64,000 nt of DNA, from NCBI RefSeq assembly GCF_000143415.4, contig NW_003314383.1:319340-383339 (forward strand), written 5' to 3'. The position numbers and the translations under genes are program-made. This document shows, piece by piece, positions 1 through 12,105 of the stretch (position 1 is its first letter; each line of letters starts with the position of its first letter). The DNA comes from Selaginella moellendorffii. Lineage: Eukaryota > Plantae > Lycopodiophyta. The notes below the pieces were generated by a model. The model searched no databases, was not told the origin of the DNA, and saw nothing but the letters and a program-made list of their open reading frames with translations.

Positions 1-1840
1 CGGAAGTTGCAAAGTCCTTGAAGTAGAGGGATGAAGAGGTATGGAAGTGAGAGGAATGGATAAAACATAAGAAAGTATGAGACAAGGGGAGAAGCCTCAA
101 AGTCACACTTGGCATGATTGTGCTACAACTAATCCATACCAAGAATGAGATCAAAAGTTTGACTCAACACCACCCCCAATGATTGCAATTCAAGCTCGAG
201 ATCGCCCATATGCACAACCAAGTCTGCCTCATCCCGTGAATATGCATGTGTACGGCTATTGCCATAAAGAATGAAAACTGGTTTTGCCGCACGACGCAAG
301 TGTAGACGGTAACGTATGGCAACAGGTCGAGCAATAGAAGATAAACTCGAATCTATATCAACTAACACGGAGAGAATAATAGGAGACCTCTTGTTATTAA
401 AATGAGCTTAGAAAATAAACACTGGATGAACGGGTGTCGAGTGAACCCCTTGATGATACTCCCAAAAGAAATATGGAGGGGTCACTAACTTATTCGCACA
501 AGGTCCCTCAGTTACTCGCGCAACTCTTTATTTCCCAGATACATCTCAGTGTCCAAACCTTCCATTACAATAGCACCAACGGGACGTTGCTGACGCCAAG
601 GTCTTCATCTAGGAAATGGAGGTCGCCAATCCAGAAAACCCCGACAACACCAATAAGTATGACTAATTTCATCACATGCCCAGCAACAAACATCACGGCC
701 ACCGCCACGTCCTCGCCCTTATCCTTGGACTTGAGCAGCAGGAACATCAAACTCCATTGGAACAAGACTATCACTTATAGGAAGTGGAACTGAAGGACGT
801 GCAGCAAGAAGTGGAAAAGGTGACGTCTCATAATGTTGTGCCAAACAAAGAGCATTGTCAAGGGTGGCGAGAGCAAGTGCATGCACAAGTCCGACAAGAT
901 CTTGACGAAGTGTTGGCCACAATATTCGTAGCTTGATCTGCTCTGACATACTTGGCTTCGCATGAAGCAAAAGACTTAAAAAACGAACACTAAATTGCAT
1001 CACCGACTCAAATGGCCCTTGGCGAAGACGATGCAATTATTGGAAGGCATCATCACAGTCATCGGCATGTCCAAAGGTGCATTTGAAGATGTCCAAGAGA
1101 ACACTCCAATCCTTACGAGTGGCTGCGCTTAAACAATTGTACCATTGCAATGCCGTCCCTTGGAGACACGTGGGAAACTCACGCAAACATTAAGCATCAT
1201 CCCAAGAATGATATGTGGCAATCATCATGAAGTGATCGAACCAATGGTACACATCATCCTCAGGATTCCCACGAAAGAACTCCAGCCAAATGCGAGGATT
1301 GGCACCAAGAGCAGGAGGAGTTGTACCCTATGCTATGAACACCACCATTAACTGAGTTTGGTTGTTCAATTGCAAACACATAACATTAAGCAATTGTACC
1401 AACTGCTGCTCCAGAGTCAAAGGAGGAGATTGCTAATCTGCCATGAAGACGAATGAAAAAGAAAGAGCAAAAGAAGAGAAATGACAAAAAGCTAGAAAGA
1501 AATGGTAAATCTAGACAATGCAAAAAGCTAAATCTAAACCAAAAGAAAGAACAAAATAAAGGAGATGGAAAAAGCTAGATTTAGATAATGCAAAAACTAG
1601 ATCTAAACCAAAATCCCAAATCCAAGCACTCCTTAGGGACAATCAAAGGTGCCCTTCAACTCCACCAATGTGAGTGTTTAGAATATAGAAAGGAAATTGA
1701 AAAATATGCATATCAATTAGCCCAAAAGCCTAGTTTATATATAAGAGTGAGTGGTCCAGATTGAAACTAATCTGACGGCTACAAAAATCCCACTATGCTA
1801 ATATTAGTATACAGTATCATAGCTGTACACTTGGCCCTCA
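1..1840 (-). mobile_element. Ty3/gypsy-type LTR retrotransposon remnant (putative 5' LTR/leader, degenerate gag and aspartic protease)
   Basis: ORF 719..1036 is retrotrans_gag-like (LRQGPFESVMQFSVRF). ORF 129..368 is retropepsin-like (LVDID...FDLILGMD). Degenerate gag start at ~1444. Homology with the copies at 1875-2700 and 47791-48490 ends at ~1840. Confidence 0.75.
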
Positions 1841-1874
1841 TAATTTAATATAAAATAAAATAAATATAGTATTA

Positions 1875-2700
1875 TGAGGTATGGCTACAGATCTAAGGCC
1901 CAAGTATATAGCTATGGATATGAAGTCTAAATGTATGGCTACAATACTTTATATTAATATTATTTATATAATATAATATTTATTACATGCTGGGATTTTG
2001 ATAGCTATTAGATTGGTTTCAATCAAGACCACTCAATCTTATATATAAATTAAAGGTTTTAGGCTAATTAGATATATAAATTTCTATATTCCATACACTC
2101 ATATTGACAAAGTTGAGGGGTAGTCTTGATTGTTTTTGAGGATATATTTTTATTTTAGATCTAGTTTTTGGTTTAGATAATTAATGTAGTTGTTTAATGT
2201 TATATGGTTGAAACTAAACAATTAACTTCAGTTGATGGTGACATTCATGGCAAATAGTGCAAATTTTCTTACTTTTTTTACCCATCTTTATGTCTGGCCA
2301 AATGTTTTCTATAGAAATCCCAAGAATGATATTAATCACTTTAAAATGATTGCCAATTATCATTCTTGAAATGATATTTAATGTTTGCAATGGTTTCCCA
2401 TATGTCTCCAAGAAATATTGTTGTAGTGGTACAAGAGTTTAAGTGTGGAACCTCCTCCTAGATGTCTTCAAGTATGCATTTCAAAATGCTGATAATTGTG
2501 ATGATGTTTTCTAACAATTGCATCATTTTTGTCAAGGACCATCTAAGTTAATTATACAATTTAATATTTGAATCTAGAGCCTCTTACTTTATGTAGAGCT
2601 TAAGTAAAGAAAAATTAGAAATGTTTTCAAAAGAAATATAAAAATGATTTGCTACACTCTTTAAATGTACCAATGCTTTGTTTGTTTAATAGTAGTGCTT
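1875..2700 (+). mobile_element. Highly degenerate, AT-enriched second copy of the same gypsy 5' region, inverted relative to 1-1840
   Basis: ORF 2214..2411(-) is a clear homolog of ORF 1145..1351(+). LTR-like words are shared (ccaagtntanagctatg, gggattttg...gattggtttcaatc). Confidence 0.7.
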
Positions 2701-2869
2701 ATTTTTTATTAATCTAGTTGATTGATAGAATTTCTAAATACAAGATTAAATTTATTACACGTTAACCATTAAATGTTCTAGCATTAAATGTTAGAATATC
2801 CTAGAATATTCAAATATATTCTAAATATCTACTACCAAATTTAAATGGGGACAGAGTTCCTTCAAGATT

Positions 2870-5066
2870 TCCAAAGACAATTCTAGGTAACTTAATATTT
2901 AAAAGGCCAAGTGTAAATGGACATCTGTATTATCTCAATCAAACAAGTGATAACCAACTTTCCATTATCCAAACAAACATCCATAAAACATTTATTAAAA
3001 TCATGCAAATGGAACCTGCCCAAGGCCTACAACTGGACAGCCCATGTGCCTTCAGCCATTATCACTTTATTGTTATAGTTAGAATTATAATAAAAAAAGT
3101 GTAAAGAATAAATAGAAATTTCTATGTTGTACTTATTGAGTTTTTTCAAGTAATCTACATATAGGAGGAGCTTGAACTAAGACGTATCTCATTTTAATTT
3201 AATTCTTAATCTAGATTTATACTTATCATTATATTACCCTAAACCGTAAATATCCAAGAATATTTAAGATATTGTTTAAGACCATATCACATTACCATTC
3301 AAATCTAACAATTTTGTGGAGATGTTTTTCATATCTCCAATAACTTTTGACAGTGCATAAGCAGCAAAGAAATATCTAACTTCTAACCAGTTTTCAGCTT
3401 CTGGACATATCACACTTAGATCATCACTGAAGTTGAACCCAATTTTTGCTATAAAATGTCGATTCCTAAACATAAATATTTAGATAATTAAATATAAAAA
3501 TAAAAAACTCACAAAGTATGATGATGAAAAATTGCCAAATAATCATCCAATCCAGCCAACCTTGAATCTGTAGAAAAAATAAAAACTGTTTCTAAGAAAA
3601 TATAAAAAGTTATCTACTGACCTGACTCAGAATACTTAAGGCTCATCCCAAGTGCTATACTTCTTATATGTTGAAGTTCAAATTCAGTAGTTTTAAGAAT
3701 CCTAGCTGTTTGTAAAGCTTCCAGCACTTCCTAAAAAACATAAAAGAATAAAATTTATAAGAAAATTCAAATGATATAATATAATACCATGATAGGAATG
3801 TTGTACATTGATTTCCTACTTTGGATCAATGTAGACAGTTTAGTCCCAGGGTCCTTTTGTAAATGCCGCTCTGAAAGTACAAAAACATTTTAGATTAAAA
3901 GCTAAAAATATTTGCTTGCCAAGAAAGATCCTAAACATCGCATGTGTTGCCCATCTCATCACGTCGTTAGCTAAGCAATTTGGATTTTCACAAAGCATCA
4001 TTGTAAGGCCACCACACTTGGTTTTTGAGCACGCAATGTATTTTGCGTTAGCAGCCAGCACAGCAGTGGAGAATAAACATTCTCCAGCCTTAGTCTGTGA
4101 AAGAACAGGAGTAAGCATCACAGAAACGATACTGATTTACCTGATATTCTGGCATGACAAGAAAAGTGATTTACCTTAGATTTTGGCTCGAGCAGCATTG
4201 TGTCCTGAGAATTGGTGACCTTGTCCAATGTACCCCCACGATCCTGTAAAAAAATGAAATGGAATTAAACGTCACGAGTAATAAGGAAGAATGATTTACT
4301 TGCGACTTGAGCAACATCATCTCTGTTATTCCCTCTGAATGCATTATGTCACATACGGCCGCGTCCTTGGCCACCCTGCCCTGGACACCAAGCTTGTCCC
4401 AAAGACGATCGTCAAAGACTGCCTTGGCAGGGACAAGCTTGGTGCCAGCCACACAGCTTGGTGCCAGTGTCATGGGCATGCCCCGGAAGTCGTCGTAGTT
4501 GACGACCCAGTCCAGAGAGCCATACTGCAATGCCTTGGTGGGAACCGCCAGAAGGATGTAGCCAGTGGAGACCCGATTCTGCCAGATGGATTCCTTATAG
4601 ACGAGGACTTGTTTAGCATCAAGCTCTCCTAAAGTTCCATCGATCACGAATTCCGCCGGAGGACCCCGACACCGCAGGCCGAGCTCGAACGTGGAAATGC
4701 AGCCCACGGCTTCGATGCTCCTGATCTGGCATGGCTCCAGCGGCGTCATTGAAGGCTCCATTTCGTTGTCGTACAAGTAGGCTGGAATGCTCCAAGGCGC
4801 TCCCCAGTAAAGGGCATTTGCATGTGTACAACGCTGCTTGGGGCAGATGTTTCCATGAGCGTAGCTCAGTGATCAAGCAACGTCGTGTCGGGGCAGCCGC
4901 ATGCAGTCAACTGCCGGTTGTAGCAGATATCGCAGAAGAGGAACAAGGAGGTGGTGGTGTTATCATAGACGAGCTTGAGAGGAGGAGCAGGAGCACGAGG
5001 CCGAGCTCGAACCCGAGCTCGAGTTTCCGCGAGCGTGCCACATCCGCGGGCAACTCCTGTGCCCAC
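2870..5066 (-). pseudogene. Degenerate multi-exon gene, possibly a CxC/KDZ (Zisupton-like) transposase remnant
   Basis: Cys cluster CDICYNRQLTACGC. RCRGPPAEFVIDGT and KCGGLTMMLCENPNC motifs. GT-AG bounded exon-like blocks at ~3490-3870. Stops and frameshifts present. Confidence 0.3.
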
Positions 5067-5504
5067 AAGCTAAATGTTAGCTGCGCTCTTGCGCTCTTCT
5101 ACTCACTCACGTCCAAAAAGCCGCCGCCAGAACATGCCGCCCAACCAGGAGCAAGAGTTTATCTGCGAGTGTGCTGGGCAGATCCACTTATCCGCGAGTG
5201 TGCTAGGCAGATCCACCGATAGCTACCACCCGGGCAAGGTTCGTAGAATATTCTTTGAAACTCCATAACTCGTTTTATTTTGCTTTCATTCTTTTAATGC
5301 TAATGAACATTTAATTTCTTTAGTGAGTCAATGATGCGGCATCTCAAGTATGTACTTAGAATTAAATAATTCTTGCTATCAAAGTTTTAGGATCACCAAC
5401 ATGATCCGTTAACCTCATGTCATAGGCACTCGTTTGTAGTATTTAACATCGCTTCTAGAGCTTCTTTTTCTATCTTTCTAGGCTTCCATAGTGTAGAGTT
5501 CTCT

Positions 5505-6389
5505 ATGGCTCACACTTTTCTCTTTGCTACTTCTCTCTTCGCTGTTCTTGCTAGCGCTGTTCTAGCTACCAACAACAACAACTCATGTTTCCCAGGTAAG
5601 AATCTGCAAGCGATTTTACAACCAGTCACAAGCTTTATGTTCGCAATCAAAACACAGGCGATGCCACCGTCCAAATGTATAACGGCGACCTCAAACTCAT
5701 GAGAGATCTCGAAGTTGGAGACAAGGTATTGTATTGCTCTTAAGTTTTTCGAGAGCCCATCTAAACGTGCCAGATCTAAAGGTTGCAGTGAGCAAAAACG
5801 TGTTCTCCGATGTCTACGCATTCGGCCACAAGGACGCCGATGTGATCTCCGAGTTCATCCAGGTCCACACCGCCTCAGACATGATCGAGCTTAGCGAGGG
5901 CCACTTCATCCCAGTCGACGCCAAGGGAAAGCTTGTGTACAAGCGAGCCAAGGATCTCCAGGTTGGAGAAACTCTCTGGGGATCATCTCAAATCACTGGT
6001 AACATCATACTTCTTTTGAGACTTTGCGCTTACTTTTGGCAATTATAGAACTTTCCAAGGTGGAGAAGCTGGGCCTCTACAACCCATTCACTCTCTCCGG
6101 CAACATCATGGTTAACAACGTGGAGGCTTCCTCTCACAGCGAGTGGTTCCTGGACTCCCTCTTTGATGCCATTGGCGCAACTGAGTACCTCCCATACGCG
6201 TACCAGGCCGTGCTCGCTCCACTTCGCGCCATCTACAACATCGTCGGGAAGGAAATCTACGCGGAGGGCTATGCCGCCATGGATTCCTGCGTCAACTTTG
6301 CTGAGTTTGGAGCCAAGTATGGAGGAAGCATTGCTCTCACCGTTGGAATCGCTGGAGTTGCAACAGCAATGCTGGCCACCAAAGCTTGA
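5505..6389 (+). CDS. Secreted Hedgehog-type Hint (Hog) domain protein, ~238 aa, 4 exons (5505-5595, 5658-5725, 5782-5998, 6049-6389)
   Basis: Signal peptide, then S-CFPGDATV...MRDLEVGDKV (Hint block A), LSEGHFI (block B) and GLYNPFTLSGNIMVNNVEASSHS (Hh-like GxYAPLTxxGxIxVNxVxASC). Hydrophobic C-tail. Splice phases are consistent. Confidence 0.9.
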
Positions 6390-6678
6390 GCAAAAATCAG
6401 GAGTAAATAAGAGTGAAATAATCACAATCCAGATCAAGTCAGTGTAAATCTCCAGAACAAGAACGAAAGAAATGAGCGAAGAAACTGTGTTATGTCAAAC
6501 AAAAGCTTCATTTCATGACATGCATCACAAAGATGCATAGATGTTTTCCAAGTTTCTCAAGTGTTAAGAAAAAAGGGTGAGAGCGAGAGAAGTGCCAGCC
6601 AACAGATCACACACACAAGCAAAAAAGAAGAGCACGAGAGGAAACGAGAGAGTTACGAAGAAATCGAGTGCTGAGATC

Positions 6679-8336
6679 TCATTTCCCTCCCAGAGACGGG
6701 AACTGCTGGAAATCGGCAATCTCGGGAGCCGAGCTCGAGCTAAGCCGCGTGTTGTTGTTGAGGCCTCTCCCGCGGCCGCGGCCGCGATTGCCACCACGTC
6801 CGCCATACTGATTCTCCGCCTCGGATTTCCGGAACTCGATCGGCACCGACTGAAGAAACGAAAACACGCTCATCGTTAGAAGAAAGCCACAAACAAGCCC
6901 ATCCATTTACCTTCTTGGTCTTATCATCCTTCTCCCCTTCTTTCTTCTTGGCCTTGTCCGCTCCCTGTCGAGTATGAAACTCAGTCAGTCTCCCTTCCTC
7001 GCATAACATAACAATCGAAGAACTTTACCAGTTTGATGAAGATATCCTCGTCGGCCTTCTTGTCAACCAGCTGCATCTTCTGGAACTCACTGTCAGCCAC
7101 CACTTTCCTCTCCTCGCTCTTCATGGCAGTGAGGGCCTTGCGCTTCTCCTCCATCACTTTCTCATACTCGTCCAGGGTCATTTCCTGTCGGAAAAAACAA
7201 TAAGCCTTGGATTTCTCGGGAAAGCACAAACCTTTTCTTCTTTCTCCTCCTCTTTCTGTTCCTCAGTGACCTCTGGAGTTTCTTGTGCTGCCTCCGACTT
7301 AGGTGCCTCGGCTTCTGGGGCTTCGAGCTTCGCACCATCTAGTTTCACACCCTCGATCGCGTTGCCTTCCCTGACAGGAAGAAAGACGAATTAAGTTACA
7401 AAGACGAAGCTCCGTAAGTTCTTACTCGACAGAGACGGGGTCGATTGGAGTTCCCCAGTTTCCGCGACCAGCGCCATCGCGTTTGATTCCAGTGCTGTAT
7501 CACCACTATCAGCCTCTACCAAGCAAAGAATCAAAACACTTTACCTGCGGCCAGTGGTGTTTTTCCTGTCGTACTGACGACGAGGGTAGTCACGCTCGCG
7601 CTCCACGCGGTCTCCGCGCTCGGCACCGCGCTCGGCACCGCGCTCGGCACCACGCTCGGCACCACGCTCGGCCCCGCGCTCACCACGCTCGCCACGCTCG
7701 CCACCACCACGTCCGCCGCGGTAATCCCCACGGTCAGCTCGCTCAACGCGACGTGGACGGGACTCATTGGGATCCTCCTCAAAAGCACCACCATTGGGCA
7801 CCTCGTTCTCCTCGCCTTCACGCCCGCGACCACGTCCCCTGCCCCGCCCGCGTCCACGTCCCCGGTACCCGCCGGCTCCGTCCTCCAGCTGGCCGTTCTC
7901 CGCGCCGTCGGCACCGCCACCTCGGCCAGCGCCTCGACCACGATAAGAATCGCGTGGTGAGCTTTCAGCGTCATAGCCACGTCCGCCGCCACGTCCGGTG
8001 CCACGTCCCATGCCACGTCCGCCGCCCCTTCCCTGGCTCCGTTGGGCATCCCTCACTGTAACGACGATGACGTGAGCTAACGAAGAAGAAAAAATATTCC
8101 AAGCAGCAGCGATCTTCGCCGCGCAATGCTGCCGGATTGGAAGAGAAAGAAAATGCTAGAACGAACATACCGGCTTCGGCTGGAGGCGGGGGCTTGGTCG
8201 GCATCTTCGCGGGCGGGGGAGGAGGCGGCGGCGCCTTGGATTTCTCCTCGGTAGCGGCCGCGGCCGCGTGGGCGATGAGCGTCGGAGCATCGCTCTCGTT
8301 GTCGATGAGCAGGGCAAAAGAATTTTGGTTCGCCAT
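6679..8336 (-). CDS. RGGA: RGG-repeat RNA-binding protein (RGGA / HABP4-SERBP1-Stm1 family), multi-exon
   Basis: MANQNSFALL N-terminus, KMPTKPPPPAEA, RGG/RGRG repeats, EMTLDEYEKVMEEKRKAL, C-terminal APEIADFQQFPSLGGK. Confidence 0.88.
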
Positions 8337-9203
8337 GGCGGGCCGCCGCGATGCAGATTATCGGAGCCTTTTCACCCCTCTTCAGCTCTTCTGTGCCGGC
8401 CTGGAGCTGGCGATGGCGAGCGCGCGCGTCCGCGGCCTATCTTGGACAGGAGCCATTGCCTGGAAGAAGAAGAAGCTGGGAGCTAGAACCCTAAAAGCCC
8501 TAGAAAGTCCGCACGCAAGAACACAAACCCTGGAGAAGAGAGCTATCAATCTAGCGCCACCGCTCGCTCGCTCGCTCGCTCGCTAGGGTCTCCCTCTCTC
8601 TCACTCGAAGAAGACGCAACGACGACGACGAAGAAACCTCACGGACACACTGGAATAGGTAATGTAAGGCGGCGGCTTCCAATACTATGGCAAAATATCC
8701 ACGTCCGTACGCATTGTCCCGTGCCCTTAGGGCAACGCCACCTTTAAGCGGACATTAGGGCAATGTCCACCACCTTTATCGAACTTTTCTAACCTCCTTT
8801 AGTTTAAGCTTTTCTTGTCATAAGTTCGTTGTGATTGACGATCAAGTGTGGCAAACAGCTGGAACACACTTAAGAAACAAGTTGGCTGTCGATCAAAGTT
8901 GCTGATTGATTGATCGCGCGAGAGATCGAAAAAAGAAGAATTTTCAGAGTCATACGCACTCATCATGCTCACGCGCGGTCGAATCTTTCTTGCATACGAT
9001 GGAAAGAAATCGATCAAGTGATCCTTATCATATCAGCCAAGAACACACCGACTGACACCACCATGTCAATCTCACCTTCACGTGAACATTGTATTATTAT
9101 TTTCTCTAGAACAGCCAGAAAATTTTCCTTTTCAGCCGTCCAACAAATCCAAGAAATAAAAAAATGAAAAAATTACTGTCAATACTTTTCTTTTTTCTGG
9201 TCT

Positions 9204-11519
9204 TTACAAAGATCCACTCCCTTGAGCTATTTGCTCCAACCACACCGCAACTTGGCCCATTGGCGGCCGCTCCTCCGCCCTCACCCTCACGCACTTCTCC
9301 GCTATCTCCGCCAGCCTCGCCACCGGCTCCACATTCCGGGGCCCCTCCACCGCCCGATCCACCACCTCCGCCCACCGCCCCGTCCTAATCAACGGCCCAG
9401 CCCACTCCGCCACCCCTGCCGGCTCAAACTCGCAGTCGTACGCCTTCCTGCCGGACAGCAGCTCCAGCAGCACCACCCCGAAGCCGTACACATCACCCGC
9501 GGCAGTCATCCGCGGCGCGGTGGAATATTCCGTATCGCGGTACCCCGCGTCCGGCGGGGCGACGCGGGCCGACCACTCCGCGTCCAGGAGAATATTCGCA
9601 GACTTTACATCCCTGTGGATGACGTCCTCCTTGTGGAGGAATTCCAGGCCCCTGGCGGCCTGCGCGGCGACGCGAAGCCTCAGTCCCCACCCCAGCGGTG
9701 AGAGCCCGCCGTGGAGGTGGTCGCGCAGCGTACCGTGCGGCATAAACTCGTACATGAGGAGCCGCTCGCCCATCTCCCCGCAGTAGCCCACCAGGTTGAC
9801 AATGTTGGCGTGGCGGAGCTTGCACAAGATCTCAAGCTCCGCGTCGAAATCCCGGCTGCTGCCGTGAATCCTCTGCGCCGCATTCGCGCGCTTCACCGCC
9901 ACCAGCTGCCCGTCGCCCAAGACCGCCTTGTACACGAAGCCATAGCTCCCGCGGCCCAGCTCGTTCACCTCCTTGAAGTTGCCTGTGGCGTCGCGGAGCT
10001 CGGACAGCCGGTACCGCAAGGCCTCGGGCGGTTTGACGCACGGTATGCCGCCGGAGCCAACCGACTGCAGCTGCATGCCGCCGGAGGTGCCGGTGCCGGT
10101 GCCGCCGTTTTGGTGGCCGTAGGCGCCGTCCCCCGATCTCCCGCTGCCGCTGTTCCGCCACCATCTCCCTCTCCGCCGCTGCAAGCAGCACCAAGCCAAC
10201 AGCCCAATCACCGCCACCACGACGCCGCCAGAGATGGCGGCACCCAGTACCGCCGCTAGGCTTACCGCACGGTGGCGCCGCTCTTCCACCCCAACAGCGC
10301 TGATCTCGGGCGCCACTGGCAACGGCGACAAGTGGCACAGCCCGCGGCACAACTTCGTCTCGCACAGCGAGCAATCAGTGCACCGCCGGTTGTCATTCGC
10401 GCCACAGGGTGCCGACACGAACGATCCATTCGAGCAGTCGCTCGCGCACGGCGCGCACACCTGCTGTGTGCTGCTCGAGCACAAGCCCGCGGTAACCACG
10501 CCCAGGCTGGACGCGTTAAAGCTAAACTCTCCCGCACCGCACGGCGCAGCGGTACACACTCCGGGGCTCGACAGCTGCAGCGGCGGCGCGAACTCCGTGC
10601 CATTCCCCCAGCACACCACGAGCAAATTATCCTCCCGTACACCGCACGTCACGACGCGCGACGAGGCCAGCGCCAAGAACTCCGTCCGGTCTGGCGCCGC
10701 CGACGCATTAAACCCCCGCCCCCAGCACATAACGCCGTGCGTGTCCTGCCGCACGGCACACCCATGATTCAATCCCAGGCTGAGAACCACGAAAGGTATA
10801 CCGCGCGGTGCATCCGTCTGACCAAGCCGGTTGTCCCCCCAGCACCGAATCTCCCTCGACTTCCTCACAATCCCACACGCGTGCTCGCCGCCGGCAGACA
10901 GCGACTCAAACTCCACGTCACCAGGCGGAGCCGTGGCAGCAAGGCTGGCATCGCCCCAGCACCGCGCGGTACCGCCATCGCCGGTCTCTATACCGCAAAC
11001 AAACCTCCGCCCCGCGACCAGGGACCGCAGCGTCACGCCGCGCGGCACGTTAAGGCTGTCGTCCCCGTTCCAGCAGTCCACCAGCGCGTCCTGGGAGCGA
11101 GCAGCGCAGACATGGCCGTCGCCAGCGGCGATGGAATCGTAGCTCGTGTTCTGGAACTGCTCGGGGACGATGTTGATCGACGTGAGGTTCTTCCGCCAGC
11201 AAAAGGGACGCTGGCTCCCGGCCGCGATCCCACACATAAATCCCATTCCACCCGAGAGACCCAGCATCGCCGGACCCGTCGATGGCCACTCCAAGCTCTC
11301 ATTCCTCCCCCAGCAAAACACTTGCTGCTCGAACGTCGCCTCGACCGCGCAAAACAATGGATCGTCCTCCCCGTACGAGGCAGCGATAGAACACATACCG
11401 CCCAGTCCGAGAACCATCTTCGCCGAGCTCAAGAACTCGAGGAAGAACACGAAGAGAATTGTCCTGCTATAACTCAGCGATGGTGGTGGCAGTGGTGAGG
11501 ATTTGCCGCCGAAAGTCAT
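9204..11519 (-). CDS. CRINKLY4-related receptor-like kinase (CCR1/CCR2-like), single exon; probable pseudokinase
   Basis: 771 aa with RCC1-like crinkly repeats (AG..H.C....CWG), a TNFR-like Cys-rich region, a TM helix and a kinase domain. GRGSYG, VAVKR and HRDVKSAN are present; DFG and the activation loop are not. Confidence 0.88.
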   Translation of the reverse strand: MTFGGKSSPLPPPSLSYSRTILFVFFLEFLSSAKMVLGLGGMCSIAASYGEDDPLFCAVEATFEQQVFCWGRNESLEWPSTGPAMLGLSGGMGFMCGIAAGSQRPFCWRKNLTSINIVPEQFQNTSYDSIAAGDGHVCAARSQDALVDCWNGDDSLNVPRGVTLRSLVAGRRFVCGIETGDGGTARCWGDASLAATAPPGDVEFESLSAGGEHACGIVRKSREIRCWGDNRLGQTDAPRGIPFVVLSLGLNHGCAVRQDTHGVMCWGRGFNASAAPDRTEFLALASSRVVTCGVREDNLLVVCWGNGTEFAPPLQLSSPGVCTAAPCGAGEFSFNASSLGVVTAGLCSSSTQQVCAPCASDCSNGSFVSAPCGANDNRRCTDCSLCETKLCRGLCHLSPLPVAPEISAVGVEERRHRAVSLAAVLGAAISGGVVVAVIGLLAWCCLQRRRGRWWRNSGSGRSGDGAYGHQNGGTGTGTSGGMQLQSVGSGGIPCVKPPEALRYRLSELRDATGNFKEVNELGRGSYGFVYKAVLGDGQLVAVKRANAAQRIHGSSRDFDAELEILCKLRHANIVNLVGYCGEMGERLLMYEFMPHGTLRDHLHGGLSPLGWGLRLRVAAQAARGLEFLHKEDVIHRDVKSANILLDAEWSARVAPPDAGYRDTEYSTAPRMTAAGDVYGFGVVLLELLSGRKAYDCEFEPAGVAEWAGPLIRTGRWAEVVDRAVEGPRNVEPVARLAEIAEKCVRVRAEERPPMGQVAVWLEQIAQGSGSL

Positions 11520-12035
11520 TCCTTTCCAGCCTCTTTCCCTGTGATTCCTGTCCCAGATCTTGCTGCGAATGCCACAGCCAATCTTCCTCCTCCCTGATCC
11601 TTGCTACGCGGTTCCTGCTAGAGGGCATTGAGAATTCCCTGCCTGCGAGCGATCCACTTACTAGCGGCCAGAAACCCGAGCTACCAGGCGATGATCCTCC
11701 TCCTCGGCAGCCAAGAACAGCGGGAGAAAAGCTCATCAATCTTCCTGCCAAGCTGTACATGTGCATGATCCGCCTAAAGAAAGCAACCACAGCTGGAGCG
11801 CTGCCATCTTTGCGAGAGCCACCAAAGTTTTCTCCTGCTGAATGATTAGCCGCTTGCCGCCGCCGCTGCTGCTGCTACTGCCGCTGCTAGATCCCGATTG
11901 GAGCCATCCTCATTCTTTAGTCGGGTCGGACCGAGATCCTCTGGCAATCATAGGAAGAACCAAGCTATTCGTCCCCCGCGGGGAGAAAGAATAGAAGAGA
12001 CCCCAAAGAGCTAACTCCACAGCTGGACTGTGATC

Positions 12036-12105
12036 CCCACCACCACCACCACCACCACCACCTCCACCACTCCACCACCACCACCACCACTCCGCCACCA
12101 TCACC
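12036..12105 (+). repeat. (CCA)n microsatellite
   Basis: Imperfect CACCAC run visible directly. Confidence 0.8.

Noticed and set aside
1145-1351. Small ORF conserved three times in the window (also 2214..2411 and 48262..48471)
   Set aside because: It is the antisense reading of the retrotransposon gag start, not an independent gene family.
7483-8061. His/Arg-rich ORF
   Set aside because: Antisense of the RGG/AERG repeat exon.
9164-11498. Long plus-strand ORFs (e.g. 10272..11498, 408 aa)
   Set aside because: Antisense shadows of the GC-rich CR4-like CDS with no recognisable motifs.
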